Assembly: GCA_963675595.2 (NCBI GenBank)
Contig: CAXXLZ010000001.1
Span: 320,001-384,000 of the forward strand
Direction of reading: 5' to 3'
DNA: 64,000 bases
Source of the DNA: Thermodesulfobacteriota bacterium
GTDB lineage: Bacteria; Desulfobacterota; Desulfarculia; JACQYL01
Shown: one piece after another, positions 1-13,427 of the stretch
How the letters are laid out: the number at the start of each line of letters is the position of its first letter
How positions within the stretch are numbered: position 1 is the stretch's first letter
Notes under the pieces: model-generated
Told to the model about the DNA's origin: nothing
Seen by the model: the letters and a program-made list of their open reading frames with translations, nothing else
Databases searched by the model: none
Translations under genes and position numbers: made by a program

Positions 1-1104
1 CAGGCGGCCTGGTGGCGAGACCTGTTCCTGGACGGTCTCGGCGAATTCATCTACATCAATGGAATCGATTACCGTGGCGAACCCCTGGTGGACTTCACCT
101 TTCCGATGGAGAGGGCCGGGACCTTCGCCAAAGGTCCATTCACGGAATTCCCCGGGAATCTCATTCCCGTGGGGGGAGGCAAGGACTCCGCCGTCACCCT
201 GGAAGTCCTCCGACCGCTGCGGTCCCGTTCGTGGGCCTTTCTGCTGAACCCCACGCGGGCCATGACCGACTCGGTACGCATCGCCGAAATTCCCCCGGAA
301 CGCACCCTGATCATACGCAGAGAAATCGAACCCGGACTTCTGGAACTCAACCGGCGAGGATACCTCAACGGACACACACCTTTTTCCGCCTACCTGGGGT
401 TCCTGGGGGTGCTCTGCGCCCGCCTCACGGGATGCGGCCACATCGTGCTGTCCAATGAAACCAGTTCCAACTACGGCAACACGGAATACCTGGGACGCAC
501 GGTGAACCATCAGTATTCCAAGAGCCTGGATTTCGAGGGGAAGTTCGACGAGTATGTCCGCGCTCACCTGGAACCGGGGATTCGGTATTTCAGCCTGCTC
601 AGGCCCCTGGAGGAACTGCGCATCGCGCGGCTCTTCGCCTCCCTTCCCGAATACCCGGACGTGTTCCGAAGCTGCAACGCGGGCATGAAGGAAGACCGTT
701 GGTGCGGAGAATGCGCCAAGTGTCTGTTCGTGTACATCATGCTGCACCCCTTTATGCCCCTTTCCCGTTTGACGCGTCTGTTCGGCGGGGACCTGCTGGA
801 TCGGGAGGACCTCCTGCCCCTGTTCAAACGTCTGCTGGGAAGGGAAGGAGTCAAGCCTTTCGATTGCGTGGGCACGCAGGAGGAAGTGGGCGCCGCCCTG
901 GCTCTGAGCCTTCAGGCCGTGCGAGACCAGGGGGGCAAGCCGCCGGTGTTGCTCGACCACTTTGGACGCCTCCTCGCGGAGGAGGGGCGAAGTCCGGATC
1001 GGGAAGCGAATCGGGCCCGGGACCTGCTTAGGCGGTTTCACACGGATCACCGGGTTCCCGAAGAATATCTACGGTTGCTCCGCCGTTTTATGGCAGACCG
1101 CTGA
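1..1104 (+). CDS. murL: UDP-MurNAc-L-Ala-L-Glu epimerase MurL (5' end outside window)
   Basis: Frame open from base 1 (LDGLGEFIYING); motifs GGGKDS, NGHTPFS, SNE, VNHQYSKS, SCN, WCGECAKC and KPFDCVG; lies upstream of a MurD-family ligase. Confidence 0.85.
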   Translation, partial: QAAWWRDLFLDGLGEFIYINGIDYRGEPLVDFTFPMERAGTFAKGPFTEFPGNLIPVGGGKDSAVTLEVLRPLRSRSWAFLLNPTRAMTDSVRIAEIPPERTLIIRREIEPGLLELNRRGYLNGHTPFSAYLGFLGVLCARLTGCGHIVLSNETSSNYGNTEYLGRTVNHQYSKSLDFEGKFDEYVRAHLEPGIRYFSLLRPLEELRIARLFASLPEYPDVFRSCNAGMKEDRWCGECAKCLFVYIMLHPFMPLSRLTRLFGGDLLDREDLLPLFKRLLGREGVKPFDCVGTQEEVGAALALSLQAVRDQGGKPPVLLDHFGRLLAEEGRSPDREANRARDLLRRFHTDHRVPEEYLRLLRRFMADR

Positions 1105-1219
1105 AAAACGCGATCTGCAGCGTTGCGCTTCGTCCCTTGTCGCTGCGACGTACTTACATGTACGGTCTCACTCCGCGGGATTTGCGCGCCTTGCATCTCA
1201 TCGTTTTTCAACAGCCTGC
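1093..1219. mobile_element. ~125-bp MITE-like element, copy A
   Basis: Imperfect terminal inverted repeats GCAGACCGCTGAAAAACG ... CGTTTTTCAACAGCCTGC; interior homologous to 5996-6118. Confidence 0.75.
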
Positions 1220-1542
1220 CCGAGGATCACGAAGCGGTAAGCCGCATTGCCGATGAAGCGCATTCAAGCTGAGACGCCTTCGTCCAAGGTTCCACTCGCT
1301 ACGGTGCCGGCAGCCTGTACACGGAGAACACCGGGTTCCGGTTGCGACGCGCAAGCGAGCAACCCTTTTGAGAAGTTTGGGAAGCAACTGTGTTCTTTGT
1401 CAACTGAGTTGTTTGTCACTGATTCCTATGAAGCTGTAACACGGCGCTTGCTAGGCGCGGCACGCGTGGGGCTGCCGCGCGCAAGCACCGCGCCACAGCA
1501 GACCACGGCAGCATCGGTTAACCGATGTGATACATAAACCGG

Positions 1543-2706
<1,164 letters not shown>

Positions 2707-2835
2707 CTAAATATACAAGGGGTCCGGGGAAACCCTTTTCAAAGGGTTTCCCCGACTGTCCCGCCGGGGCTCATTCTCTTGAAAGCCGGACATCAACAGA
2801 GATCACCCTCGTTTTCGACGGAGTCTGGAACACTT

Positions 2836-4308
2836 ATGGAGCCTTGGAAATCCATTCTTGATTTGGTGAGGGACCGAAAGGTGCTCATCGCGGGATTCGG
2901 CCGGGAAGGGCGAAGCACCTACCGGTTGCTTCGGGAGCGCCTGCCCGAGCAGGTTCTTCACGTGGGGGACCGCAACGGCTCCCATGAGGCTCTGGACGGG
3001 TTGCGAGGCGACCCCAAGGCGGTGCTTCACACGGGAGACGCCTACCTCCGGGACCTGGAGTCCTATGATTTGGTGATCAAGGCTCCGGGCATTCCGCCCT
3101 CCGAGCTGGGGCCGGCCGCCGTTGGTCACAAGATTACTTCCCAGACGGACCTGTTCCTGCGGGTCTGCCCCGGAACCGTGGTGGGCATCACGGGCACCAA
3201 GGGGAAAAGCACCTGCGCGTCCCTGACCTTTGCGCTGCTCAAGGCCCACCACACCGACGTGCATCTTCTGGGCAACATCGGACGGCCCGCTCTGGACGAC
3301 CTGGACCGCCTCACTCCCGATTCCCTGGTGGTGTACGAACTGTCCAGCCACCAACTGGCCGACGTGCACAACAGCCCGCAAATCTCCGTGCTCCTCAACA
3401 TCTATTCGGAACATCTGGACTATTACGAGAACATGGAAGCCTATGTGCGGGCGAAAACCAACATCGCCCGGTTCGCCGGTCCTCGGGATGTGCTGATCTA
3501 TAACGATTCCTTTGAGGAACTGCGCCACGCAGCCCAAGAGTCGGCGGCCCGGGGAATCTTTTATTCCTTGGAGTGCTTGGATTGTAGCTTGGCGGATTCG
3601 TTGGGCTCGGCAAGGGGAGACTCTTCCGGAGAAAACCTCGCTGAACCCCTCCCGAGAATATTATGCAGAGAGGATACCCTCTACCTGAGGGAAGGGGAGG
3701 GCGTGGAATCGGTGATTTCCGTGGAGGATATTCCCCTGGCGGGACGATTCAATCTGAACAACGTGATGCCCGCGATCATTGCGGCCCGGCTCCTGCGCGT
3801 GCCCGTGCCGGTGATCCGGGAGGCTCTGAAGCGCTTCACACCCCTGGAACACCGCCTGGAATTCGTGGGCAAATTCAAGGACATCGAATTCTTCGACGAC
3901 TCCATTTCCACCATTCCCGAATGCGCCATGGCGGCTTTGGAGCATTTCTCCGGCCGGGTAGGGAGCCTGATTCTGGGAGGGCACGATCGAAAGAACGACT
4001 ACCGCGCTCTGGCAAAAGCCTTGCTGAAACATCGCCCCGACGCGTTGATCCTGTTCCCCGGCACCGGAGACGCCATGCTCCGGGCTTTTGAAGCCGCACG
4101 AGGGACCTTGAATGCGGGCATCGAGACCTTTCGAGCACGCAACATGGAAGAAGCCGTGACCCTGGCCTATGCGCACACTCCGCGGGGCAAGGTCTGCCTC
4201 CTGTCTCCCGCGTCCCCGAGTTTCGGGCTGTTCAAGGACTTCGCCGACCGGGGAGACCAGTTCAAGATGTGGGTGCGGCGTTTGGGGGAGGCTTTCGACT
4301 CCAAGTAG
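2836..4308 (+). CDS. murD2: MurD-family ligase, probably MurD2 (L-Glu adding)
   Basis: GFGREG, GITGTKGKST, ELSSHQL, EHLDYY, HRLE, DDSIST and LLSPASPSF motifs; D2 assignment rests on adjacency to murL. Confidence 0.8.
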   Translation: MEPWKSILDLVRDRKVLIAGFGREGRSTYRLLRERLPEQVLHVGDRNGSHEALDGLRGDPKAVLHTGDAYLRDLESYDLVIKAPGIPPSELGPAAVGHKITSQTDLFLRVCPGTVVGITGTKGKSTCASLTFALLKAHHTDVHLLGNIGRPALDDLDRLTPDSLVVYELSSHQLADVHNSPQISVLLNIYSEHLDYYENMEAYVRAKTNIARFAGPRDVLIYNDSFEELRHAAQESAARGIFYSLECLDCSLADSLGSARGDSSGENLAEPLPRILCREDTLYLREGEGVESVISVEDIPLAGRFNLNNVMPAIIAARLLRVPVPVIREALKRFTPLEHRLEFVGKFKDIEFFDDSISTIPECAMAALEHFSGRVGSLILGGHDRKNDYRALAKALLKHRPDALILFPGTGDAMLRAFEAARGTLNAGIETFRARNMEEAVTLAYAHTPRGKVCLLSPASPSFGLFKDFADRGDQFKMWVRRLGEAFDSK

Positions 4309-4715
4309 GGAATGGTTCACGCGGACCAAATCTCGAGATATCCGTCTCACGTTCCTCTCGGTTCAGCTTCACGATTCTTGTAGAAAACCGCTCTCAATAC
4401 CGGCATGTGCCTTACCGAGTGCCTCAATGGAATAACCGAGCCGCTTTCTTGCCACCACGGGCCAAAAACCGCTATATCCGGGAAATTGTTCGAGGTGGTT
4501 TCGAGAACCGTATGAGAAGCCCGATGTTGGTTCCTGCTTATCATTTCGCGGAGAAAAAGAGATCGGAAGTTCATGATATGCTTGGAGGTTGTTTCCGGGA
4601 CCCCGGACGAAAAAGGATTCCACCTCGGAAACGATCTCAAAAGGAGCCCCTGCGTCTCCGGCAAATCCATACGAAATTTGGGGCGCTGTGGGGGCGAACC
4701 TTATTCACTTTCTCA

Positions 4716-5650
4716 TTACCGGACTCCCGATCCCTTCATACCGCAATCAGCCTCCGTGTCAGAGGCCCCCGGTTCATGAAGGGCCACGGTGATCCGGTCC
4801 CTGCCGTCCCGCTTGCTCCGGTAAAGAGCCTTGTCCGCCAAGGCGACGAGAGTTTCCGCTTCGTAGGCCTGATGGGGAATCACGGTAGCCAAGCCGAAAC
4901 TCAAGGTTACGATTTCGCGGATCGTGGAAGCCGCGTGGGGAACGGCTTTGGCTTCCATGCGCTCCTTGATCTCCCGCGCGATGTTGAGCGCTCCCGACGA
5001 GTCGGTGTTGGGCAGGATGACGGCGAACTCCTCGCCTCCGTATCGAGCCGCCACGTCGGAGACACGACCCACGGAGCGGCCGATGGCGTCGGCCGCCTGC
5101 CGGATGCAGTCGTCCCCGGCGAGGTGACCGTAGAACTCGTTGTATTTCTTAAAAAATCGCTGTCTCCCATGATGAGGGACAAGGGACGGCCGTCGCGCGT
5201 GAGGCGTCGCCACTCGGTTTGGATCGTTTCATCGAAATATCGTCTGTTTCTGAGGCCGGTCAGGCCGTCCCGGCTGGAAGGGGCTTCCAGTTTGCGGTTC
5301 GCATCCTGAAGTTCGGCCGTTTTTTCGGAAATCTTGCTCTCCAACTGGACGGCGAAGGATCGCTGAGCTTCCAATGCCTGCTGCTGCGCCGCAAAGTTTT
5401 GTTTACGCAGCAGGTTGATCCTGTCTCCCAGGGCAAAGGAAAGCAGCACCACCTGAAAGATCAGGCCGATGCGAAGTCCGTGGAGCGTCAGGAAATGCCC
5501 GGGCGGAATCTCGGAGAGGTTGAGCCCGACCACGATGGACAAGGAAAGAAAGATGCTCCACGCCGGCAGGAAGAATCTGGCGGAGTGGTAGCCACGTCTC
5601 CAGACGAAGATTACGGTGAATACCAGAAAAGGGGGGATCACCATGGAACA
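4716..5650 (-). pseudogene. 5'-truncated, frameshifted membrane (7TM-DISM-like) diguanylate cyclase
   Basis: TM helices plus DGLTGLRNRR in one frame; FKKYNEFYGH...RYGGEEF in another; shift near 5150-5165. Confidence 0.75.
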
Positions 5651-5995
5651 AAATCGATGGATTCCGCGTCTATCCATGAGCACGGGGCATCGGAGCGTTG
5701 TTTCGTCACGGAGAAGATGTGCGGTCGCCGTGCTAAGACACGAAGTTCCGCAACGGTACCGCCTTCGTCCCCGACTATACCCTAAACAGAGACCGAGATG
5801 GTTGATAATCGGACTTCCGGCGTCCTCCCGCACCATGAGCCCCACTTCGGCAGGGTCGCGCTGAATCGGACTCCGGAAGGCAAACGCCTCCCATGGGCAC
5901 CGGCTCTCGCGACAAAGCGGGTGCCGGCTCTTCATACGGGCTCTGGATTGCGGTCGGCATCGGAAGGGCGAGGAAGCGAGGGTGTAGACATTTAC

Positions 5996-6118
5996 CAGGC
6001 CGATGAAAAACGCGATCTGCGGCGTTGCGCTTCATCCCGCGTCACTGCGACGTACTCTATGTACGTCTCATTCCTCAGGAATTGCGCGCCTTGCATCTCA
6101 TCGTTTTTCAGCGGCCTG
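5996..6118. mobile_element. ~125-bp MITE-like element, copy B
   Basis: CAGGCCGATGAAAAACG ... CGTTTTTCAGCGGCCTG; interior matches copy A. Confidence 0.75.
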
Positions 6119-6154
6119 CTGCAACCTGCTTTTCTCAACGGGCTGTTGATACCT

Positions 6155-6181
6155 GGGAGGACTTTCGGGGAAGTCCTCCCG
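6155..6181. repeat. REP-like hairpin GGGAGGACTTTCGGGGAAGTCCTCCC
   Basis: Similar hairpins at 31492-31517 and about 29922-29945. Confidence 0.6.
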
Positions 6182-6220
6182 GGCGAATGAACAAAGGATG
6201 GGAAGAGGGTGGGCGGTCGA

Positions 6221-6991
6221 CTATCGGGAAGCGTTGTTCATGAAATCCCGAACCAATTTCTCGTAGGAACCGTCGTTCTTCATCTCCGCGAGGGCCTGAT
6301 TGAAGGCGGCGAGGACCGTCTCTTTCTTCAACGATTTTGCGAACGCCAAGTAGGCCTTGTTCACCGCGGCGAGTTGGCCCAGTTGCTCGACCCGGTCGCT
6401 CCAGTTTTCCTTGCGGACGACCCGAGAGGCGGCCACATGGTCCGCAATGACACAGTCCACTTTCCCCGAGAGCAGGTTCCGAAAGTTTTCCGCGTCGGAA
6501 TGGACCGCCTCAACGGTGAATTGATATCTTGCTCGGGCGGCATCAAACGCTTCGCCGTAGCTCCATCCATGGAGCAGGCCGATGGTTTTTCCCTGCAAAT
6601 CGGACAATCCGGAGAATTGGAACGCCTTCCCTTTCTTGACGTACACGGCCAGGTGCTCCTCGAACAGGGGTTCCGAGTAGTCGTAGATTTTGGTACGCGC
6701 GTCGTTCCGGTAAATGCCTCCCACGGCCGCGGCGCCCTCCTCACCCGCCTTTAACGCCTCTTCCCAGGGAAGCGCGCGAATCTCCACTTGAGCTCCCATG
6801 CGGGCGAAAACCGCTTTGATCAGTTCGGGGTATAGTCCCTTGGCCTGTTCCGTCGTGCCGAACATATACGGTGGGTAGGCCTCATCCACGACTACGATGG
6901 TCTTGTCCGGGGACCCCAGGGCGGTCATAGCCGATCCGGAGACCGCGGAAAAAACGAGCATGAAGAGTAAGGTTATTATTCTCATTTTCAT
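6221..6991 (-). CDS. Periplasmic substrate-binding protein, family 3
   Basis: Signal peptide; YPPY, LPW, SDLQGKTIG, GWSYG and DGSYEKL motifs. Confidence 0.85.
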   Translation of the reverse strand: MKMRIITLLFMLVFSAVSGSAMTALGSPDKTIVVVDEAYPPYMFGTTEQAKGLYPELIKAVFARMGAQVEIRALPWEEALKAGEEGAAAVGGIYRNDARTKIYDYSEPLFEEHLAVYVKKGKAFQFSGLSDLQGKTIGLLHGWSYGEAFDAARARYQFTVEAVHSDAENFRNLLSGKVDCVIADHVAASRVVRKENWSDRVEQLGQLAAVNKAYLAFAKSLKKETVLAAFNQALAEMKNDGSYEKLVRDFMNNASR

Positions 6992-8801
6992 TCCCTTTCT
7001 CCACTTCGCGGGAGACGGGATTGGGGGGACGCTCCGGATCGTGGTGAGCGTCCCGAATCCCCCCTACCGGGCGCACAGTGTCACGGTCGTTTCGGGGAGC
7101 CGATCAGGGGAGTCTTGACCGGTTCCGCAAGGCCGATGAACACCACGATCTCGTGGCCGCCGGGGTTCGTCTGAACCGGCACGGTCAGCCAGTTGTTGGC
7201 CAGCCAGACATTCCCCGAAGGATCGATCTGAACTCCGGTATTACGCACCAGACCGTCATGACTGTAGCCGGTGTCCGGTGAGATGGGATCTCCGGTAGTG
7301 AGTCCCTCCGGGCATGTGGACGGTCGCGCCCCGCAAATATTGGATAGCCGCCGGCCATGGAAATTGGCCACCCACACATTGTCGTTGCCGTCCACCGCAA
7401 TCCCCCATGGAGCGACAAGGCCGCCGCCTTTGTACGGAGAATCGGCGGTGGGCTCCCCATTGGGTTGAATCATGGTGACGGACGCGTTTTCCCCGGTGAT
7501 TTCATCCGGGAAATGAATGGTCGTGTCTCCGCAGGGTGTATCCACCACTCCGGAATTGGCTACCCACACGTTACCCAAGCTGTCGGAGGCGATGCCCATG
7601 GGATAGTTGACGCCGGCTTCTCCATTCAATACGCTGCTAATGACGTTCCCGTCGGGGTCCAGCTGGAACACGCTGTCGTTGTGATTGCTGGTGACCCAGA
7701 TATTGCCGTTCACGTCCACGGCGACGTCAAAGGGCGCCGAGGCGCCGAAATCGTTGAAGACCATGCGCTGATTCACGTCACCGCCGGGGAACATGGTCAC
7801 ACTGTCACTGCCGCAATTCGCAACCCAGATATTGCCCGCTTCGTCCGAAACAATACCTTGAGGCTGTGCGTGGTCATCCAGAAAATAACCGCCCGGATCG
7901 GCTCCGTCCCTGTTGGGGGAGATGGGGTCTCCTGCGGAACTGAATTTGGCGGTGTTGTTCCAAAGCAGACTCGGATCCTCGGTGCAACCGGTTCCCTGGA
8001 ATCCGAAACTCGTGACCCACACATCGCCGTTCAGATCAAGGGCGATGCCGAAACCGGCCCCATAAAGGCCTCCCCCTTCGTAGGGCGCGCCGGGATAATC
8101 TTCGCCGGTGGGAGTGAGTTTCAGTACGTGGGTATCCCCGCAAACGTTTTCAGCGAAGGGATCGAGGTTGAAGGTATAGTTGTTGCTGATCCAGGCGTTC
8201 CCATCGGCATCGAAGGCGATGTTGCCCGGGCCGTCCAATTCTTCCCCGTTGCCGTCGTATCGAATGGCCAGGGTCCAGGCGTCGGGCGCCGACGAAAGTG
8301 CCGGTTCGTAAACCGCGAGCGTCTGCGAAACCTGGAACAGGGCTTCGGCGTTTTGTCCGGGAAAATGGGCGATGTTCGCCGCGGCCTGCAAAACGTTGTC
8401 CGGAGCGGCGCCGCCGGGAGGCGTCGCTTGTTCGAAGAGCGCCGTGCATGACGTGGAGTCGCGCACGCAGCCGGCCAGCATGTTGGCCAACGAATTGAAC
8501 TCGTTCATGGTCGAGGTGAACTCGCCGTTGGGGAAGGTTCCGAGCACCGAACCCACATCCCCGGAGTAAATATCGACCAGATTCTGCAGTATGGCCGCGG
8601 CGTTTTGCAGGCCCGGATAGGTTCCGCCGAGCTCGTAGCCTTCCAGGAACTGAGCCATTGCATAGGCTGTGGCCACGGTTGTTCTTTCGTTGACTACCGT
8701 GCCGGACGATGCGGGCGAGACGCCGATCACCGAAGCCATTCTCATGGAGGCTTCCGGGCCGTCCGCGATGAGATAAAGCACTCGGCTTTCCCCTTTAGGG
8801 G

Positions 8802-10186
8802 CATAAGCGCTAACTTAAGCATTGTTTGCTATGCTTCTTTCCGTCTGAGGAATCAGCCGCTGAAGTGCTCGTTTCCTTGGCGGTTCTCGCAAATAAAAAG
8901 ATATGTTATCCCAGCCGGCAATGCATTCGGCCAAGCCGAGTTTAGGGTTCACGGCTTGTTTCAGCAGGTGTAACATAAACATGGTCTCTCTCCAGAAGCA
9001 TCGATTTCTACGGTGGTTCTTTTTGGAGTGGGTATCCCCAGGGAAAAAAAGATTCGCCTGCGGCGATCATGGCCTCCACTAAGAAAGCCACCAGTAGTTT
9101 CCCATGGATCCAGGCCTTGGCTCCTTCGATGTCGGTCTTTCTAAGATGGCCTAAACCGAGAATGGACTTTAGACGCTTGAAAGCGAGTTCAATTTGCCAT
9201 CGACCTCGGTACATCTCGAGGACCTGAGAGGGCGAGATTTCACGGCCCAATGTTGTGAAAACAAATATGTAGGCCGCCGCTTCGAGGGTGTCCGGAGTAA
9301 CTTGGCGACCTTTTTTCCTCGCCTCTTTTTCTATCGCTTTACGAGCTTTTTCAGTGGCGTCTTTGCTCTTCTTGATGGCACAGATTCTACCTGCAACCAA
9401 GCGTTGTTCAAATGGAACGAATGCATCCCAGTCGCCAAGCTTATTTACACGTAACGTCCTTAGATGAGGGAGTAATTGGAATCGTTCCCCTTGCTTGTCC
9501 ACCATGGCGACACGGTGTTTCATTCGAACCAGGACGTCGCCGCCGTTGTCTATGACATGGTGAATTCCTCTTGGTGTGCAATAGGCTCTATCCGCTACAA
9601 GAAGTTCACCGCCATGGACTTTGAAATTGGTGAAGGATTCTCCGATCTTGGGGTCTGTTACATAGACTTCGTCGCAGCGCAGCGAAGGCAATTGTATGGA
9701 ATAATGGACCCTCCAAGTCGTTCCGGTACTTCCAGGTTCTTGAATGGTGGAGGCATCGATCAACCTGATGCGTGAATTCTCTCCAAAAACAACGGCGGGC
9801 AGCTTTCGAAACCATTTCTCCATGACCCCTAAGGCCATCCACCGAAACCACTCTCCGCATTTATTCAGTCGTTTTAGGAGAGCTACGTCGGAAATCGACG
9901 TAATGTTGCCGAACCTGGCTTTGGCCGCCGTCAGCCGAAGTGAGCAACCTTCCGCCAGATGGATCAGAAGCGTTCGCAACAGACCTTCGGCGTCCACGAA
10001 CTTACGGTATCTGACAACGGCACCAAGTTCCCTTGCTTTGGATTGCCAGCCATCGGGAAGAAAACCCTGGAGAACTTCCCAGTCTTCCATTTCCTCGGAA
10101 AAAACGAGACGCTCCATTGCCACCTCCTTTGGCGGCAACGGTACCATAAACCTCACCAAAACAAAAGGCTTAAGTTAGCGCTTATG
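8802..10186 (-). mobile_element. IS4-family element, 1385 bp
   Basis: TIRs CATAAGCGCTAACTTAAGC / GCTTAAGTTAGCGCTTATG; 11-bp TSD CCCTTTAGGGG at 8791-8801 and 10187-10197. Confidence 0.93.
9008..10117 (-). CDS. IS4-family DDE transposase
   Basis: IDAS, ADRAY and YRGRWQIELAFKRLK (YREK) motifs; RBS AAGGAGG precedes ATG at 10117. Confidence 0.92.
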   Translation of the reverse strand: MERLVFSEEMEDWEVLQGFLPDGWQSKARELGAVVRYRKFVDAEGLLRTLLIHLAEGCSLRLTAAKARFGNITSISDVALLKRLNKCGEWFRWMALGVMEKWFRKLPAVVFGENSRIRLIDASTIQEPGSTGTTWRVHYSIQLPSLRCDEVYVTDPKIGESFTNFKVHGGELLVADRAYCTPRGIHHVIDNGGDVLVRMKHRVAMVDKQGERFQLLPHLRTLRVNKLGDWDAFVPFEQRLVAGRICAIKKSKDATEKARKAIEKEARKKGRQVTPDTLEAAAYIFVFTTLGREISPSQVLEMYRGRWQIELAFKRLKSILGLGHLRKTDIEGAKAWIHGKLLVAFLVEAMIAAGESFFPWGYPLQKEPP

Positions 10187-10844
10187 CCCTTTAGGGGTGT
10201 ACGATATCTTGAAATAGCCGTTCGCGTCGGTTTGCCCTGTGCCGAGCATAACCGCACCGGAACGCCGCTCCTCCCCCGCCGCGTAAAGCGTGACCAGGGC
10301 GTCCGCGATGGGCGTGTCGCCGCTCAGCACTCGACCGTTCCGAGTTGCAGTGACTTCGTCGTCGGAACTGGAACATGCGGCCATGATCAGCAGGATTGAA
10401 CAGACGGCCGTTAAACGAAGGAGCTTTCGAATCGCCATAAACACTCTCCAATGCTGGTAAGGGGTGGCTGTTGGAGTACCTTAACGGAATTAAGGCTAAC
10501 CATTGGATGGGCGGGATGGAAGCGGTTGAGTAAAGAATCGAGTTGTTTTATGACTCCCATCGGCGGATTTGTGGGTGTTTATACGGCGGATTTGAGACGG
10601 AAAACGTACAGGAACCCTCTGATGTTTCCGAGGAAATGAGGTCGGCGGCAGCGGGAATCGGGAGCAAGTGTAATGGGTCTTATTACGTATTTCTATTATA
10701 TTTCGAAGAAGGACTTGAACTCAAGCGGGTGAATCGCCTCATGCCGTGTGCCGGGTCCACTGCGGCAAGCACAACTCCGGCCCGGGTCGAGAAGTCTTCG
10801 TCGACCCAGGCGGTTCCGGTGCATTTCCCAAGGGCCTTCGGTGT

Positions 10845-13247
10845 TCAGGAGCCCAGGGCTTCCCGCACTTTTCGGCTCAGGTCCGCCTTCAAAAAGGGCT
10901 TCTGCAGAAAGAAAATACCTTCCTCCAGCACACCCTCATGGGCGATCACCTCGGCCGTGTAGCCGGACATGAAAAGAACTTTGATCTCCGGACGGAGGTG
11001 TCGGAGTCTGTCGGCAAAGTCACGACCATTCATTTCGGGCAACACCACGTCGGTGATCAGCAGATGAATCACCTCCGATGTGCCGGCGGCCAGATCCAAC
11101 GCTTCGCCGGGAGTTCTCGCGGTAAGCACCGTGTAGCCCAGATTCTCCAGCATCGCATTGCCGAGTTCCAGCATGGAAGGATCGTCTTCAACCAGCAGCA
11201 CCGTTTCGCTATGGCTGGAGGGAGTCTCGGCCGAGGTCTCCGAGGTTTTTTCGACTTCGGACCCTGTATGTCGGAGCAAATAGAGGCTGATGGTGGTCCC
11301 TTGGCCCTTTTCACTCTGAATCCCGATGAGTCCGTCGTTCTGTTTCACAATACCGTAAACGGTCGCGAGGCCGAGCCCGGTGCCGCGCCCGACCGGTTTG
11401 GTGGTGAAGAACGGGTCGAAAACCTTCTCCAGGTATTGCGGATCAATGCCGGGACCGTCGTCGCTCACGACGAGGGACACATAATCGCCGGGTACAAAGC
11501 CGTTACGGTCGGCGCAATGGGTTTCGTCGAAAGTGACGTTCTTGGTTTCGATGGTGACTTTGCCCACTCCGCCGATGGCATCGCGGGCGTTAACGCACAG
11601 GTTGACCAAAATCTGATCCACCTGTACCGGATCCAATTTGACCCACCATAATTCTCTTCCGGGAAGCCAAACGAGATCGATGTCTTCACCGATCAGCTTT
11701 CGCAGCAGTTTGAGCATGCTTTCCACGGTTTTGTTCAGATCGATTACCTTGGGGGCGATGGTTTGTTGACGCGCAAAGGCCAATAATTGCCGGGTAATTT
11801 CGCTGGAACGCTTGCCCGCATCGAGGATCTCCTTGAGATTGGATCGTAAAGGGTCTTCCGGGCTCACGTTGGACAGGGCCAGTTCGGCATAGCCCATGAT
11901 TACATTGAGCATGTTGTTGAAATCGTGGGCCACGCCTCCCGCCAGCCGACCCACGGATTCCATCTTCCGCGCCTGGAGCAGTTGCTCCTCCAATTGGAGG
12001 TGTTCCGTGATGTCGTGCTTAATGGCCACATAGTTGACCACTCGGCCCGCTTTGTCGAACACCGGAGAAATGGTCCCGTCTTCGACATAGTGTTTTCCGT
12101 CCCGGCGCTTGTTGACCATGCGCCCTTTCCAGGTCTTCCCGGAAGTAATGGTTTCCCACAGGTTTCGGTAAAAGGCCCGATCCTGCTCACCGCTTTTCAG
12201 CATACGGGGGGTCCGACCAACGGCCTCTTCGCGAGTGTAGCCGGTGACGGTCTCGAATGCGGGGTTGGCATACTGGATCACCCCGTGGGTGTCGGTGATG
12301 AAGACGATCTCATCGGCCTCCTCGATGGCCGCCATCAGGCGCTCCTTCTCGGCTTCGCCTCGCTTCCGTTCGTCGATGTCCACGTGGCACCCCATGAAGC
12401 GCTTGGATTTCTCCTCGGGGCCCCGGATTATTTTACCGAACGCTGCGATCCACAGGTAGTTGCCGTTTTTGTGGCGCAGTCGATATTCGACCTGATAGTC
12501 CTGGACACGCCCCTGCAGGCACGCCTGGATTTCGGCCAGAATGCGGGGGCGGTCCTCCGGATGCAGCCTGTTTTCCCACTCCTCGAAGCGGTCGGGCAAT
12601 TCGTGGTCATCGTAGCCGATTTGGCGTTTGTACTCCGGAGAAAACCATATCTCGTCGGTGTCGATGTTCCAGTCCCACAAACCGATATTGGCGGAGGCCA
12701 AAGCCAGACGAAGCCGGGTGTTGCTGATTCTCAAGTCCTCCTCGGCCGCCTGTCTCGCCTGGATTTCCCGCTCCGCCTGGAGCATTTTCTGTTCGAGCTT
12801 CCTTACCAGTCGTTCGTTGTAGAGTTTGAGGACTTCTTCCTCTTTTTCCTGCGGCGGCGATGCGTGCCCGTCACGATGTCCCACATCCGCGATCACTTTT
12901 CCCACAATCTGCATGAACTCGGCGGGGTCGCAAGGTTTCAGAATGAAGCTGTCCGCACCGATCTTCATGGCGAATTCCTCATCCTGAGGCCCGGTGTAAG
13001 TGGCGGTATAAAAGATGAACGGGATATGGCAAAACGCCTCATCCGTCTTCACTTTTCGGCACAATTGAAAGCCGTCCATGACCGGCATGAGGATATCGCT
13101 GATAATCAGTTCGACCCCACCGGCCTTGATCTTTTCGAAGGCCTCAAGACCGTTGACGACCGATTGCACTTCGTGTCCGCTCCCCTTGAGCAGAGACTCG
13201 AGTAAATACCGATTCTCTTCGTTGTCGTCGACGTTAAGAATGTTCAT
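10845..13247 (-). CDS. Hybrid histidine kinase (REC-PAS-PAS-HisKA-HATPase-REC)
   Basis: N- and C-terminal receiver domains; [19 protein letters not shown] and GTGLGL boxes. Confidence 0.92.
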   Translation of the reverse strand: MNILNVDDNEENRYLLESLLKGSGHEVQSVVNGLEAFEKIKAGGVELIISDILMPVMDGFQLCRKVKTDEAFCHIPFIFYTATYTGPQDEEFAMKIGADSFILKPCDPAEFMQIVGKVIADVGHRDGHASPPQEKEEEVLKLYNERLVRKLEQKMLQAEREIQARQAAEEDLRISNTRLRLALASANIGLWDWNIDTDEIWFSPEYKRQIGYDDHELPDRFEEWENRLHPEDRPRILAEIQACLQGRVQDYQVEYRLRHKNGNYLWIAAFGKIIRGPEEKSKRFMGCHVDIDERKRGEAEKERLMAAIEEADEIVFITDTHGVIQYANPAFETVTGYTREEAVGRTPRMLKSGEQDRAFYRNLWETITSGKTWKGRMVNKRRDGKHYVEDGTISPVFDKAGRVVNYVAIKHDITEHLQLEEQLLQARKMESVGRLAGGVAHDFNNMLNVIMGYAELALSNVSPEDPLRSNLKEILDAGKRSSEITRQLLAFARQQTIAPKVIDLNKTVESMLKLLRKLIGEDIDLVWLPGRELWWVKLDPVQVDQILVNLCVNARDAIGGVGKVTIETKNVTFDETHCADRNGFVPGDYVSLVVSDDGPGIDPQYLEKVFDPFFTTKPVGRGTGLGLATVYGIVKQNDGLIGIQSEKGQGTTISLYLLRHTGSEVEKTSETSAETPSSHSETVLLVEDDPSMLELGNAMLENLGYTVLTARTPGEALDLAAGTSEVIHLLITDVVLPEMNGRDFADRLRHLRPEIKVLFMSGYTAEVIAHEGVLEEGIFFLQKPFLKADLSRKVREALGS

Positions 13248-13270
13248 TATTGACTCTCCTGATCTTGACG

Positions 13271-13394
13271 ACTTGTTGAAATACGGGATCAGCGGCGATG
13301 AACTTCATCCGTCTTCGCTGTAACGTGTGTAAGTGCTCGGCTCGGTCCTCAGTATCGCGCGCGCCTTGCGTTCCATCCTGTTTCAACAGCCTGC
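13271..13394. mobile_element. MITE-like element, diverged copy C
   Basis: TGTTGAAATACG ... GCGCGCCTTGC ... TTTCAACAGCCTGC; same length as copies A and B. Confidence 0.6.
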
Positions 13395-13427
13395 TTCCGA
13401 CTCTTTGAGCGAAATGTTCAGCGCTTC

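Larger units (their letters stand above)
7081..10444 (-). pseudogene. NHL-repeat/beta-propeller lipoprotein interrupted by IS4
   Basis: Lipobox LIMAAC; repeated P-GIA-D-GNVWVAN blades; removing the IS and one TSD rejoins TPKG|ESRVLYL in frame. Confidence 0.85.

Noticed and set aside
11925-13205. Long antisense ORFs here and at 26191-27606, 27934-29070 and 61106-61984
   Set aside because: Shadow frames of GC-rich real genes on the opposite strand.
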